Below, piece after piece: positions 1 to 10,176 of a stretch of DNA of 64,000 nucleotides (position 1 is its first letter; every line of letters begins with the position of its first letter). The DNA is from Pseudomonadota bacterium. Its GTDB lineage: Bacteria; Pseudomonadota; Gammaproteobacteria; Burkholderiales; UBA11063. The notes below the pieces were generated by a model. It worked only from the letters and a program-made list of their open reading frames with translations, was not told the origin of the DNA and ran no database searches. A program made the position numbers and the translations under genes. The stretch covers positions 26,904-90,903 of the forward strand of contig JAJTDW010000003.1 in NCBI GenBank assembly GCA_021298175.1. Direction: 5' to 3'.

Positions 1-784
1 AATTATACTCATGGCGCTCTAAAAGACTAGTGTATCTACTTTGCCATTGTATAAAGAACTCATTGTTTACTTGCTGCAACTGTATACAATATAAGTAAAA
101 TATAACTAAAAATAGAAATACCCCGATTGCACAGGTTACAAAATATTTTCGACTTCTCCAATGTTTATCAATAATAGGCAATAAAATCAAAATTAAACCA
201 GCAATTAATATAAACTCACAAGTAAAATTAATAGATAACAGCAACAACCCAATAAATAGCAACCATCCAGATATTCCTGGTAATTCTCGATGCTTTTGTA
301 AGGCATAGAGATAGAAACATAATCCTAATAAAATTAAAATATTAGGTGATAATTGATATGCTGTATTAATGAATCCTATACTACTAATTAAAATGAGTAT
401 AACAGTTCTTCCATTCTTATAAGAACTAAGGCCAGAGCCTATTCTACCAACCATAACTAGCACAGCAAAAATTATCAAGGTGTTGATTACTCTAATTACA
501 TTTGCAATAATAGCTATGTCCGTAATCCCAAATAGACGAATAACTGCGGCATAAATCCAAAAATAAAAAGGTTGAATTTCAAGGTATGGAGCGCTAGATA
601 CATAAGGAACAAGCCAAGAATTACTATGCATAATACCTTTTACAACAGCAAAAACAAATGGCTCATATGGCTCCCATGGGGAATGAAAAAAAGCTGTTCC
701 TAAAACCCAAATTAAAGCTAAAATAAATAGTAACCATGGCGGGTCTTTGCGTTTTACTTTGGGAGTTGAATTATAAGTTAACAT
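1..784 (-). CDS. ArnT/GT39-like integral membrane glycosyltransferase, partial (runs off the left edge; absent from ORF track)
   Basis: ATG at 784 gives MLTYNSTPKVKRKDPPWLLFILALIWVLGTAFFHSPWEPYEPFVFAVVKG; this frame is also stop-free in the first ~60 nt of the window. Resembles the ArnT-like membrane protein that follows rpmE in Neisseriaceae (recall). Confidence 0.7.
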   Translation of the reverse strand, partial: MLTYNSTPKVKRKDPPWLLFILALIWVLGTAFFHSPWEPYEPFVFAVVKGIMHSNSWLVPYVSSAPYLEIQPFYFWIYAAVIRLFGITDIAIIANVIRVINTLIIFAVLVMVGRIGSGLSSYKNGRTVILILISSIGFINTAYQLSPNILILLGLCFYLYALQKHRELPGISGWLLFIGLLLLSINFTCEFILIAGLILILLPIIDKHWRSRKYFVTCAIGVFLFLVIFYLYCIQLQQVNNEFFIQWQSRYTSLLERHEYN

Positions 785-801
785 AGCTATCTGTTATCCA
801 T

Positions 802-832
802 AAAAAATGAGTAGCATTACGCTACCCATTTT
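802..832 (-). terminator. Intrinsic terminator after rpmE
   Basis: 12-bp stem (804-815/821-832, one G-U on the minus strand) ending in a T-run, 32 nt past the rpmE stop. Confidence 0.75.
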
Positions 833-864
833 ATTTTAACTAATTTTACCCATTCAGGTGTAAA

Positions 865-1101
865 TTACTCTGTAGGAGCTCCCGCACTTCTTTTGCTATA
901 CGTAGCATATTTTTGACGGAACTTATCTACACGACCAGCACTATCAACTAATCTTTGTTTACCAGAATAGAAAGGATGACATTGAGAGCATACCTCTATA
1001 TGTAAACTATCTTTAGATAATGTTGACTGTGTAGAAAATGCATGACCACAACTACAAGTAACTGTTACTTCTTTATATTTTGGGTGAATTGCTTGCTTCA
1101 T
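865..1101 (-). CDS. rpmE: 50S ribosomal protein L31 (Zn-binding type)
   Basis: MKQAIHPKY...CSCG...[11 protein letters not shown]. Confidence 0.97.
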   Translation of the reverse strand: MKQAIHPKYKEVTVTCSCGHAFSTQSTLSKDSLHIEVCSQCHPFYSGKQRLVDSAGRVDKFRQKYATYSKRSAGAPTE

Positions 1102-1289
1102 AACAAACTACCTTTTAAAAATAATATACTAAACATCCTTGAATAACTAAAAGCTACCCTTTACCATAAATAAATGTCTAGCGCTACCGTAATTATAACA
1201 TATTTTAGAAGATAATTGCAATGCAATAACAAACCATTCGGGGTAAGCGTATCTTAATCAGCTGGTATTGCAATTTTCTCCGACAGCTT

Positions 1290-1382
1290 TCATTCCCAAC
1301 ATAACTATTTTGCTCCAAGAATATGAATGGGGAATCTAAAATATTTCAAAGTGAATGGATTCCCTGTCAAGCACGGAATGAC
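1290..1382. repeat. REP/dRS3-like palindromic doublet
   Basis: TCATTCCC...GGGAATC...GGATTCCCTGTCAAGCACGGAATGAC in the rpmE-ispB intergenic space. Confidence 0.6.
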
Positions 1383-1505
1383 AACTTCTGATTTTACGAT
1401 AATTTTTTGATGCGTTTACTCTGCAAACCACACAAATAAGCAATAACTAAAGTTTATCCAAATATCATATTTCGAAGAATAAAAGTTTGAAGTATAGATA
1501 TTTTA

Positions 1506-2471
1506 TTAAGTAATCCTATCCACTGATAATTTTGCCAGCTCTTGCATTGCTGATTTGTAAGCAGAATCTGGAAAAATATTAAGTAAATTTAGTGCCTTTG
1601 ATACATAATCATTAGCCATATCAGAACAATACTTAATGGCATTACTATTTTTTACTATATTAGTTATTAGATTAATATCCGTAGCTGTTGGATTATTAAT
1701 TGCCTCAATAATAACCAATTTCACATCTGGCACACCGTGTTCTAAAAGATAAATGAGTGGTAAAGTTACTTTACCCTCTAATAAATCATCGCCTATATTC
1801 TTGCCTAAGTGTGCAGATTCTCCAACATAATCAAGAATATCATCAGCTATCTGAAAAGCTGTACCAATACAACAAGCATATTCAGCTAAAGACTCTTCGA
1901 CTTCTGTGCTACCATGAGCAACAATTGCTGCCACTCTGGCAGCGGCCTCAAATAACACCGCTGTTTTAGAGCGAATAACTGCAAAATATTCTGCCTCAGT
2001 TAAATCACTACGCCCTATATTTAAAAGCTGTAAGACTTCACCTTCAGATATTTGATTGGTACTATTTGCCATGACCTCTAATAGCTTTAAAGATCCACTT
2101 TTAATCATCATCTGAAAAGAGCGAGTATAAATAAAATCACCAACTAATACACTAGCAGCATTACCAAATACTGCATTAGCAGTCTTTCTACCACGGCGCA
2201 TGCCTGATTCATCAACAACATCATCATGGAGTAAAGTTGCCGTATGAATATACTCAATCATAGCAGCCATTTTGTGTAATAACTCCCCATCCACATAACC
2301 AGCTATGCGCCCACATAACATTACCAATAAAGGCCTGATACGCTTGCCACCAGAGTTAATAATATATTCACTAATTTGTCGCACCATAAAAATATTTGAA
2401 GTTAAATCACGCCGAATTACATCATTTAACTGCACTATATCTTCTGACATTAATTTTATTATTTCATCCAT
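1506..2471 (-). CDS. ispB: Octaprenyl-diphosphate synthase
   Basis: GGKRIRP, HTATLLHDDVVDES, FQIADDILD motifs. Confidence 0.93.
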   Translation of the reverse strand: MDEIIKLMSEDIVQLNDVIRRDLTSNIFMVRQISEYIINSGGKRIRPLLVMLCGRIAGYVDGELLHKMAAMIEYIHTATLLHDDVVDESGMRRGRKTANAVFGNAASVLVGDFIYTRSFQMMIKSGSLKLLEVMANSTNQISEGEVLQLLNIGRSDLTEAEYFAVIRSKTAVLFEAAARVAAIVAHGSTEVEESLAEYACCIGTAFQIADDILDYVGESAHLGKNIGDDLLEGKVTLPLIYLLEHGVPDVKLVIIEAINNPTATDINLITNIVKNSNAIKYCSDMANDYVSKALNLLNIFPDSAYKSAMQELAKLSVDRIT

Positions 2472-3207
2472 TAACTAACCAATTCTTAAATTTAGTATGT
2501 ATTACTACAATTCCCGCTATAGCTGCCGTCTCAGCTCGCATAATTAAATTACCCAAATTCATCAAGGAAAAACCCTTAATAATAGCAAGGCTAACTTCAT
2601 CATCTGTAAACCCACCTTCTGGACCTACCACAAGTAAAACTTCATTAAGGTCTGCATCACTAATATTATTACCTAAATCATAAAGTTGTGGAGACATAAT
2701 TATTTTTTTAATTGAAGAAGTTGCACTATATTTAGTTACCAAATCATCAAATTTATGCACTGGGGCAATATCTGGTAATATATTATTACCACATTGTTCA
2801 CAGCTGCTAATAACAATATTTTGCCAATGTAGTATTTTTTTGTCGATTTTATCGTTACTAACTCTTTGCGTACGCTCACTAATTACAGGAATAATCTCTT
2901 GTACTCCAAGCTCAATTGCTTTTTGAATAACCAAATCCATTTTATCATTGGCAATCATACACATTGCTAATTTAATCTGTATTTTATTGGAAATTTTACT
3001 ATCTTTTCTACTAAAGACTTCGGCTATAGCTGATTTTTTATCTAGATTTATTAGCTTTGCTAAATATGCATAACCGTTGCCATTAAATAATTCAAGAGTA
3101 TCTCCATTACGCATCCGTAAAGCATGTAAATGGCGAATAGTATTAATTGGCAAGGTTACTGCCGAATGTAGATCTGACAATACCCCATTAAAGAAAAATC
3201 TAGGCAT
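2464..3207 (-). CDS. rsmE: 16S rRNA m3U1498 methyltransferase
   Basis: HLHALRMR, KAIELGV, VGPEGGF, RAETAA. Confidence 0.95.
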   Translation of the reverse strand: MPRFFFNGVLSDLHSAVTLPINTIRHLHALRMRNGDTLELFNGNGYAYLAKLINLDKKSAIAEVFSRKDSKISNKIQIKLAMCMIANDKMDLVIQKAIELGVQEIIPVISERTQRVSNDKIDKKILHWQNIVISSCEQCGNNILPDIAPVHKFDDLVTKYSATSSIKKIIMSPQLYDLGNNISDADLNEVLLVVGPEGGFTDDEVSLAIIKGFSLMNLGNLIMRAETAAIAGIVVIHTKFKNWLVNG

Positions 3208-3209
3208 GG

Positions 3210-3956
3210 TTATACTTCACCCATTATTTTTAGCTCTTTGGTAATCGCTGACTTAACCTTTTCAGTTAAACTCTCAGCATTATCATCCTTGCTTGGGTAT
3301 ATTGGTTTGCCAATACGAATAGTAACTTTGCCCGGGTATATCCAAAAACTGCGCCTAGGCATAATATGCCCAGCGTTATGCGCAATTGGCACAATTGGAA
3401 TATTTAATTGTAAAGCCATTCTTGCTACCCCTGTTTTATATGGTTGATCAACTCCTGGGGCAACCCTAGTGCCTTCTGGAAACACCATAATTGAGAAACC
3501 ATCTTTAACACGCTCTTTACTCTGAGATAAAATCTGCTGAACAGAAGCCACCCTATCTGAGCGATTAATTGCAATTGGCGACACCATGCGTAATGCCCAA
3601 CCAAAAAATGGCAGATAAATTAGTTCCCGCTTTAAAATCCACACATGTTGCGGTAAAAACACATTAAATGCCATGGTCTCCCAAGTTGATTGATGATTAC
3701 TTGCTAAAATTGCAGGCTCTTTAATTAAATGCTCAATTCCAATAACCTCATAATCCACATTGCACCAATGCTTACCCAAGAAAGTAAATACATTGCCCCA
3801 ACTAGTTAGCATTCTGTGCTTAGCTTTTCTACTTAGGAAGAATAATAAAACCCCCGCTAAATTATATAATGGAATTAACCCCACTAGTACAATCCAAGTA
3901 ATTGTTGAACGAATTTTTATACCCAAAGTTACTTGATTATTTTTTTTATTACTCAT
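3210..3956 (-). CDS. plsC: 1-acyl-sn-glycerol-3-phosphate acyltransferase
   Basis: NHQSTWE, FPEGTR motifs. Confidence 0.92.
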   Translation of the reverse strand: MSNKKNNQVTLGIKIRSTITWIVLVGLIPLYNLAGVLLFFLSRKAKHRMLTSWGNVFTFLGKHWCNVDYEVIGIEHLIKEPAILASNHQSTWETMAFNVFLPQHVWILKRELIYLPFFGWALRMVSPIAINRSDRVASVQQILSQSKERVKDGFSIMVFPEGTRVAPGVDQPYKTGVARMALQLNIPIVPIAHNAGHIMPRRSFWIYPGKVTIRIGKPIYPSKDDNAESLTEKVKSAITKELKIMGEV

Positions 3957-4497
3957 TATCTTTTGCCATTAAATACTCACTAACTTCCAATAAATTTTCA
4001 AATACTAAAGTTCCTGGAGGAACTTTTCCCTTAGATAATGTTTTTTTGCCATTACCTGTTTTAACTAATACAGGAACACCTCCAGCTGCATGTATTGCCT
4101 CTAAATCACGATCACTATCACCTACAAGCATAACATTAGCAATATTTTCCACATTAAAGCGATCACAAATATCAAAAATCATTCCCGGCATTGGCTTTCT
4201 GCAGTTGCAATGATCCTCTGTCTTATGCGGGCAAAAAAATACCGCGGTAATCTCACCACCAGATTGCTCAACCATTTTATGCATCTTCTCATGAATATCA
4301 TTTAACTCTTCAAGAGTAAATAAGCCCCTCCCAATACCTGATTGGTTGGTGCATACTACAATCTTATAGCCTAATTGAGTAATATTAGCTATCGCTTCCA
4401 AACTTTCAGGAATTGGCTCCCATTCCTCAGTGTTTTTAACATATTTATCGCTATCATAATTAATAACGCCATCACGGTCTAAAATAATTAACTTCAT
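3949..4497 (-). CDS. gmhB: D-glycero-D-manno-heptose 1,7-bisphosphate phosphatase
   Basis: LDRDGVIN, TNQSGIGRG, CPH...CNCRKP. Confidence 0.93.
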   Translation of the reverse strand: MKLIILDRDGVINYDSDKYVKNTEEWEPIPESLEAIANITQLGYKIVVCTNQSGIGRGLFTLEELNDIHEKMHKMVEQSGGEITAVFFCPHKTEDHCNCRKPMPGMIFDICDRFNVENIANVMLVGDSDRDLEAIHAAGGVPVLVKTGNGKKTLSKGKVPPGTLVFENLLEVSEYLMAKDNE

Positions 4498-4504
4498 ATA
4501 TTAC

Positions 4505-6592
4505 CTATAAACAAAGCTCAGAAAGTTTACAATAAACATTCATCTCATCATAAACCGCAATTAGTAAACACAAACGATTATTGCGCACCGCTAAATCATC
4601 GTCCATAACCATTACACTATCAAAAAAGTTTGCTATTGGCTGATTAAACTCCTCAAGAACGCTAAAATATTTATCCCAATTATCATAGAAATTCCCATCA
4701 GAGCTGCTGCCCAATAAATCAAATAATCTATTTTCCACAGGATTTTTAAATAAATGTTGATTAACTGTTCGTGCATTTTTTGCCGCACTAGCATTTATTA
4801 TATTTTTCTTTAAAATATTATCAATACGCTTGTTAGCCGCAAAAAGTAACTGATTATTTGGATTAATAGCAAATCTCTCCAACGTATCCAATAACACTGG
4901 TAAATAATAAAACTCTCCTGGAATTGCAGCACAAACACTCTGCACACAATGCTTGCTATAAGAAAACTCATTATTTGATGTTAAATAATTAAATAAGCGT
5001 TGTAATATGAATTGATATACTTCGTCATTTATTCCTGATTTCCAATTTTCACCTGAACCCATAAATTCTGCTGTAGTTACACTCAGTAGCTTCTTAATAT
5101 CAAGATTGTTTTTTAATAGAATCCTCACTACCCCAAGTGCCGCACGTCTTAAAGCAAAAGGGTCCTTGTCTCCCGTTGGTACAAGCCCAATGCCCCAAAT
5201 ACCTACTAATGTTTCTAACTTCTCAGCTAATGCTACTACTGTGGATAAATCATCATTAGGCAAATCATCCCCACTAAATCGTGGATAATAATGCTTTTCA
5301 ATAGCATTTGCAACCTCTATCTTATAACCCCCATGAAGTGCATAATATTTGCCCATAACACCTTGCAATTCTGGAAACTCCCCTACCATTTCGGTGGCAA
5401 GATCCGCCTTCATAAAATTCACAGTGTCTTTTATATCTTGCTCTAATAGAGCAGGATAATATGTATGCACGATGCCAAGAGCTATACGCTTTATCCGCTC
5501 TACTCTATTTAATTGACTACCAAGCTTATTATGATAAACAACATACCCTAATTTTTCTTTATAATAATCTAAACCATGTTTTTTATCTACATCATAGAAA
5601 AATTTTGCATCAGCTAACCTAGCGCTTAAAACCCGTTCATTACCATTGATTATTGTATTGGGCTCTAAAGAATCTATATTTGCTACAAATAAAAACTTAT
5701 TGCTTAACTTTCCTTGAGGATCAAGTAATGCAAAATATTTTTGGTTTTTTGCCATTGATAAAATTAGGCATTCTTGCGGAACATCCAAAAAATTCTCATC
5801 AAAGCTACCCTGCAGCACCACTGGAAACTCAACTAATGCTGTAACTTCATCTAAAAGACCATCCATATCATTTAAAACCAACCCTATTTCATTAGCTATC
5901 TTACGTAAATTATTATTTATAAGATCCTTTCTAATAGAAAAATCTGCAATTACTTTGCCAGATAACTCTAACTGGCTAAAATAACTTTCGGGATGCTTAA
6001 TATGTATCTCGCCAAAGCTCATAATTCTATGCCCAAAAGTATAATGGCTCGGTATTAGACCTAATATTGGCGTAGTTAAATCAATTATTTCGTCCCCATG
6101 CAATATTAGTAAATTATGAACAGGGCGAACAAAGTAGTATTCATTATTACCCCAACGCATATTTTTAGCAATTTGAATCTTTTTCAATGAGTTAGATATT
6201 GCAAACCCTAAAACATCCTGTAAATTACGCCCTTTATTAATCTGTTTAGCATAAAAATACCCGTCTTTTTGTTCCAAATCTTGCCAATTATCCACATTAC
6301 ATGAACGCATAAACCCAAGTAGTGCAGGCAGGGGTAATGAATCTTTAAGTGAAGAATTAATTGCAGGGCCTTTACGCAATAAATAAGCATCTGGTTCAAA
6401 TATGCTGACATCATTTATTACACAACCAAATCTACGCGGAGTAATAATTACCGAAGCTTTAATATCTTCAGGTAAAAAGCTCTTTATTTCAAGGCATATA
6501 TTTTGCATAAAAGCATTACCAATGTTCTTTTCTAAATTTATTGGAGGCAATTCTTCGGTTAAAAATTCTATTAATAAACTTTTAGTATTCAT
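4505..6592 (-). CDS. glyS: Glycine-tRNA ligase beta subunit
   Basis: TEELPP, MRWG, FVRPVH, KADLAT.MVGEFPELQG, DPFALRR. Confidence 0.97.
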   Translation of the reverse strand: MNTKSLLIEFLTEELPPINLEKNIGNAFMQNICLEIKSFLPEDIKASVIITPRRFGCVINDVSIFEPDAYLLRKGPAINSSLKDSLPLPALLGFMRSCNVDNWQDLEQKDGYFYAKQINKGRNLQDVLGFAISNSLKKIQIAKNMRWGNNEYYFVRPVHNLLILHGDEIIDLTTPILGLIPSHYTFGHRIMSFGEIHIKHPESYFSQLELSGKVIADFSIRKDLINNNLRKIANEIGLVLNDMDGLLDEVTALVEFPVVLQGSFDENFLDVPQECLILSMAKNQKYFALLDPQGKLSNKFLFVANIDSLEPNTIINGNERVLSARLADAKFFYDVDKKHGLDYYKEKLGYVVYHNKLGSQLNRVERIKRIALGIVHTYYPALLEQDIKDTVNFMKADLATEMVGEFPELQGVMGKYYALHGGYKIEVANAIEKHYYPRFSGDDLPNDDLSTVVALAEKLETLVGIWGIGLVPTGDKDPFALRRAALGVVRILLKNNLDIKKLLSVTTAEFMGSGENWKSGINDEVYQFILQRLFNYLTSNNEFSYSKHCVQSVCAAIPGEFYYLPVLLDTLERFAINPNNQLLFAANKRIDNILKKNIINASAAKNARTVNQHLFKNPVENRLFDLLGSSSDGNFYDNWDKYFSVLEEFNQPIANFFDSVMVMDDDLAVRNNRLCLLIAVYDEMNVYCKLSELCL

Positions 6593-6671
6593 TTATATTC
6601 CATAATTTTGTTTTTTCACATGTTATACGCACGTCATTTTATCATAAAAATGTGATGCAAGCTTAATTAGT

Positions 6672-6801
6672 ATATACTCGAAGTATTTGGATTATGGACG
6701 CGAAAGATATCTAAAAAATGAGGCTAAGTTTACATAAAAGCACATGAGGCGCATTTTTTAGGCTTCTGACAAAGCGCAGGATTCGAAGACTTCGAGTATA
6801 T
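6672..6801. repeat. ~130-bp ERIC/MITE-like palindromic element
   Basis: 13-bp terminal IR ATATACTCGAAGT (6672-6684/6789-6801) plus a nested 10-bp IR CTAAAAAATG (6711-6720/6752-6761). Confidence 0.7.
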
Positions 6802-6879
6802 TAATATAAATGCTTCTTTAGTGGTGTAATATGATAAAATTACGCTATATAAAAAGGGTATTAATACCGAGAGGTTAGT

Positions 6880-7353
6880 ATGATTGATAAAGATGGGTAT
6901 CGATTAAATGTCGGTATAATACTTTTAAACCAAAACAATCAAGTGTTCTGGGGAAAAAGAAAAGGTGAAGGTTCATGGCAATTCCCACAAGGAGGTCTTT
7001 ACGAAAATGAAGAAATAGATCAAGCAATGCTTCGTGAATTAAATGAAGAACTTGGATTATCTCCTAAACACGTAACAATCATAGCCCGTACTGAAAAATG
7101 GCTCTACTATGACGTGCCGAACTCTTATAATAGACCAAATAATAAAATGTATCGTGGGCAAAAACAAATCTGGTATTTATTAAACTTTATTGGCAAAGAT
7201 TACGACATCAATGTTAAATCACACAAAGAGCAAGAGTTTGATGCTTGGAGATGGATTAACTATTGGGAGCCAATTGATCTAGTTATTAAATTTAAACATG
7301 ATGTTTATAAACAAGCGCTACAACAGCTATCCAGTTTTTTGCCAAATACGTAA
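6880..7353 (+). CDS. rppH: RNA pyrophosphohydrolase
   Basis: GYRLNVGIIL, WQFPQGG, Nudix box RELNEELGL, YRGQKQIW. Confidence 0.95.
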   Translation: MIDKDGYRLNVGIILLNQNNQVFWGKRKGEGSWQFPQGGLYENEEIDQAMLRELNEELGLSPKHVTIIARTEKWLYYDVPNSYNRPNNKMYRGQKQIWYLLNFIGKDYDINVKSHKEQEFDAWRWINYWEPIDLVIKFKHDVYKQALQQLSSFLPNT

Positions 7354-7390
7354 AAACTAAATTAACCCTCAATAGAAAGCTTATATAAAT

Positions 7391-8449
7391 ATGAGTACTT
7401 TGATTAATTCACTATTAAATAAACCCATAACGCATACTCCAATTTGGCTAATGCGGCAAGCTGGTCGCTATTTGCCAGAATACAGGCAAATCAGAAATAA
7501 AGCTGGTAGCTTTATGAGTTTATGCACTAATCCAGAACTTGCATGTGAAGTTACATTGCAACCTCTGCGTAGGTTTAATTTAGATGCAGCAATACTTTTT
7601 AGTGATATATTGGTAATCCCTGATGCTATGGGACTTGGATTACACTTTGTTGAAAATGAGGGTCCTAAATTTACTAACCCAATCCAAACCGTTTATGACA
7701 TAGATAATTTACAAACTGCAGATATTTTGAGTAAACTAGATTATGTATTTAAAGCAATACACAACGTAAAAGCAGAACTTAAGGTGGGAACTCCATTAAT
7801 TGGATTTAGCGGATCTCCTTTTACTTTAGCATGCTATATGTTAGAAGGAGGCAGTAGCAAAAACTATTTGACTATAAAAAAACTACTTCTTAATAACCCC
7901 GAAGCCTGTCACAAACTACTAAACAAAATAACCGATGTTGTAATTCTTTATTTGAATGCACAGATTGAAGCTGGTGTAGATGCAGTTATGCTATTTGATA
8001 GTTGGGGAGGGGTATTGACTGAAAATGCCTATTTAGAGTTTTCTTTACCATACTTACAAAAAATACTTAACTCTTTAAAAAAAGAACATCAAAATAAAAC
8101 TATCCCTAGTATAGTTTTTACTAAAGGTGGCGGTCTATGGCTTGAACATATTGCAAAAGCAAATACCAACGCATTAGGTCTTGATTGGACTATTGATATA
8201 GCTAAAGCAAAATTAGTTTCCAAAGACATGGTACTGCAAGGAAACCTTGACCCAGTGATTTTAGCTGTTGGTGATAAAGCTGCTATAAAAAAAGAGGCTA
8301 CCAGAATTTTAACATCTTATCTTGATGCTAATGATGGAAATATATCTGGTCACGTATTTAATTTGGGGCATGGAGTATTACCAATAACTAATCCAGATCA
8401 TGTTGCGTACTTAGTAGATACTGTACATGAAATCAGTAATCGAATGTAA
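7391..8449 (+). CDS. hemE: Uroporphyrinogen decarboxylase
   Basis: PIWLMRQAGRYLPEY, LFSDIL, FNLGHG. Confidence 0.97.
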   Translation: MSTLINSLLNKPITHTPIWLMRQAGRYLPEYRQIRNKAGSFMSLCTNPELACEVTLQPLRRFNLDAAILFSDILVIPDAMGLGLHFVENEGPKFTNPIQTVYDIDNLQTADILSKLDYVFKAIHNVKAELKVGTPLIGFSGSPFTLACYMLEGGSSKNYLTIKKLLLNNPEACHKLLNKITDVVILYLNAQIEAGVDAVMLFDSWGGVLTENAYLEFSLPYLQKILNSLKKEHQNKTIPSIVFTKGGGLWLEHIAKANTNALGLDWTIDIAKAKLVSKDMVLQGNLDPVILAVGDKAAIKKEATRILTSYLDANDGNISGHVFNLGHGVLPITNPDHVAYLVDTVHEISNRM

Positions 8450-8517
8450 CTACTTACCTGCATTAATTCGTGGCTCACATTATTACCAATTTAGTTATTA
8501 TTTTTGAGTATTAAATT

Positions 8518-9363
8518 ATGAAAAAATTACTTTTATATTGGATTTTTTTAATAATCTCCCAAGTAGCAATAGCTTTATCTATGCATGATTCAATCCTGTC
8601 CACACAAAATAAATTATTACAAGCTGAATCATCACACATTGAATCTATTAAAAATCATATAAACTTATCTTATGTAACACCGTCTTTACATAAATACACG
8701 ATATTGCTGACTCCAATTATATTTACCGATGATCAAATTATTGCAACAACACAATTAGAAAGCAGCGCTAAAATGATTATAACTAATAAACTAATAACTC
8801 TCCCAGATTCTTTATATAAGATAAATGAATCTAATAGCATTATTGTCTTTAAAGATGCTGAGTCTTCGATCCTTAAATGGCAAAAAAATAATACCCGTGG
8901 CATAGCAGAAACTCTACAAAACGCAAAAATAACAGAGTCTGTCAATATTTTAGAGAATACTATTCACAAAAATATAGATAATCAACAAATTATACTATTT
9001 GGCGTACTTAAAAACATCTCCTTTGCCAAAAATGAAGATAGTATACCCTATACAAGTCTAACCTCAATAATGTATAACCTCAGTATACAAGTCAAATTTT
9101 ATTTAGTCTCCGCAATCAATGGGACATTAATCCATAAATTCACCGCAATTGGACATAGCGGAATATCTAAACTAGTATTAAATAATAGCATCAATATAAG
9201 TTATGATCCTAATTTACTAATTACCCCAGCATTTGACAATTTAAATAATAATATTTATTCAGAATTAATATGGAACAATTCACCAATCCAAAAAACTAAA
9301 AACTACACTCGAACAAAACAAAACTCAAATCACCTTACCAATGACTCAACTTATATGCAGTAA
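8518..9363 (+). CDS. Hypothetical exported protein
   Basis: 281-aa ORF with signal-peptide-like N-terminus; no family recognised. Confidence 0.6.
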   Translation: MKKLLLYWIFLIISQVAIALSMHDSILSTQNKLLQAESSHIESIKNHINLSYVTPSLHKYTILLTPIIFTDDQIIATTQLESSAKMIITNKLITLPDSLYKINESNSIIVFKDAESSILKWQKNNTRGIAETLQNAKITESVNILENTIHKNIDNQQIILFGVLKNISFAKNEDSIPYTSLTSIMYNLSIQVKFYLVSAINGTLIHKFTAIGHSGISKLVLNNSINISYDPNLLITPAFDNLNNNIYSELIWNNSPIQKTKNYTRTKQNSNHLTNDSTYMQ

Positions 9364-9406
9364 TGAACAAATATTTAAATTAGATACTATATGGAGCAAT
9401 GTGCAC

Positions 9407-10099
9407 ATGAACCAATTCAAGTACTTAAATGAATCTTTTACAAAACTTCCTATAGAATGGCAATTGTTTTTAAGCAATGAGTTATACCCTGAATTAATAG
9501 CAATTGATAGTACCTTATTAAATTTATCAACTAAGCATACAATACTGCCCCCACAAAATCTAATTTTTGAAGCGCTAGCAAAAACACCTTTAAATAAAAT
9601 TTCTGTAGTGATTTTAGGACAAGATCCTTATCATGGAATAGGCGAAGCAAATGGATTAGCTTTTGCAGTTAATCATGGAGTTAAGCTACCACCTTCATTA
9701 AAAAATATTTTAATAGAACTAAATAATGAATACCCAGATAATAAGCAGAATTTATCTGCAGCCAATCTTACTAAATGGGCAGAGCAAGGAGTTTTACTAT
9801 TAAATAACTCCTTAACAGTTATTGAAAACCAAGCAAACTCATTGGCTAATATTGGCTGGAATACAATTACTAATCAAATTATTAAAAAAATTAGCGCTTC
9901 TCTTTATAATGTCGTATTTATATTATGGGGAGCATTTGCCCAAAAGAAGTCAGTTCTAATTGATGACAAGAATCACTTGATTTTAAAATCCCCTCATCCA
10001 TCGCCATTATCATCATATCGTGGATTCTTTGGGTGTAATCATTTTATTTTAGCAAATAAATATCTAGAACAACACCTCAAGCAACCTATAATCTGGTAA
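9407..10099 (+). CDS. ung: Uracil-DNA glycosylase
   Basis: GQDPYHG, GVLLLN, SPHPSPLS. Start moved from 9341 to ATG 9407, which has GGAG upstream. Confidence 0.95.
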   Translation: MNQFKYLNESFTKLPIEWQLFLSNELYPELIAIDSTLLNLSTKHTILPPQNLIFEALAKTPLNKISVVILGQDPYHGIGEANGLAFAVNHGVKLPPSLKNILIELNNEYPDNKQNLSAANLTKWAEQGVLLLNNSLTVIENQANSLANIGWNTITNQIIKKISASLYNVVFILWGAFAQKKSVLIDDKNHLILKSPHPSPLSSYRGFFGCNHFILANKYLEQHLKQPIIW

Positions 10100-10176
10100 T
10101 TGCAGTACAAAAATAGCACCTATCCTAAGTATGTTATAATATTGTCCTTAAACCAATCATAATAGGACATACCTCC

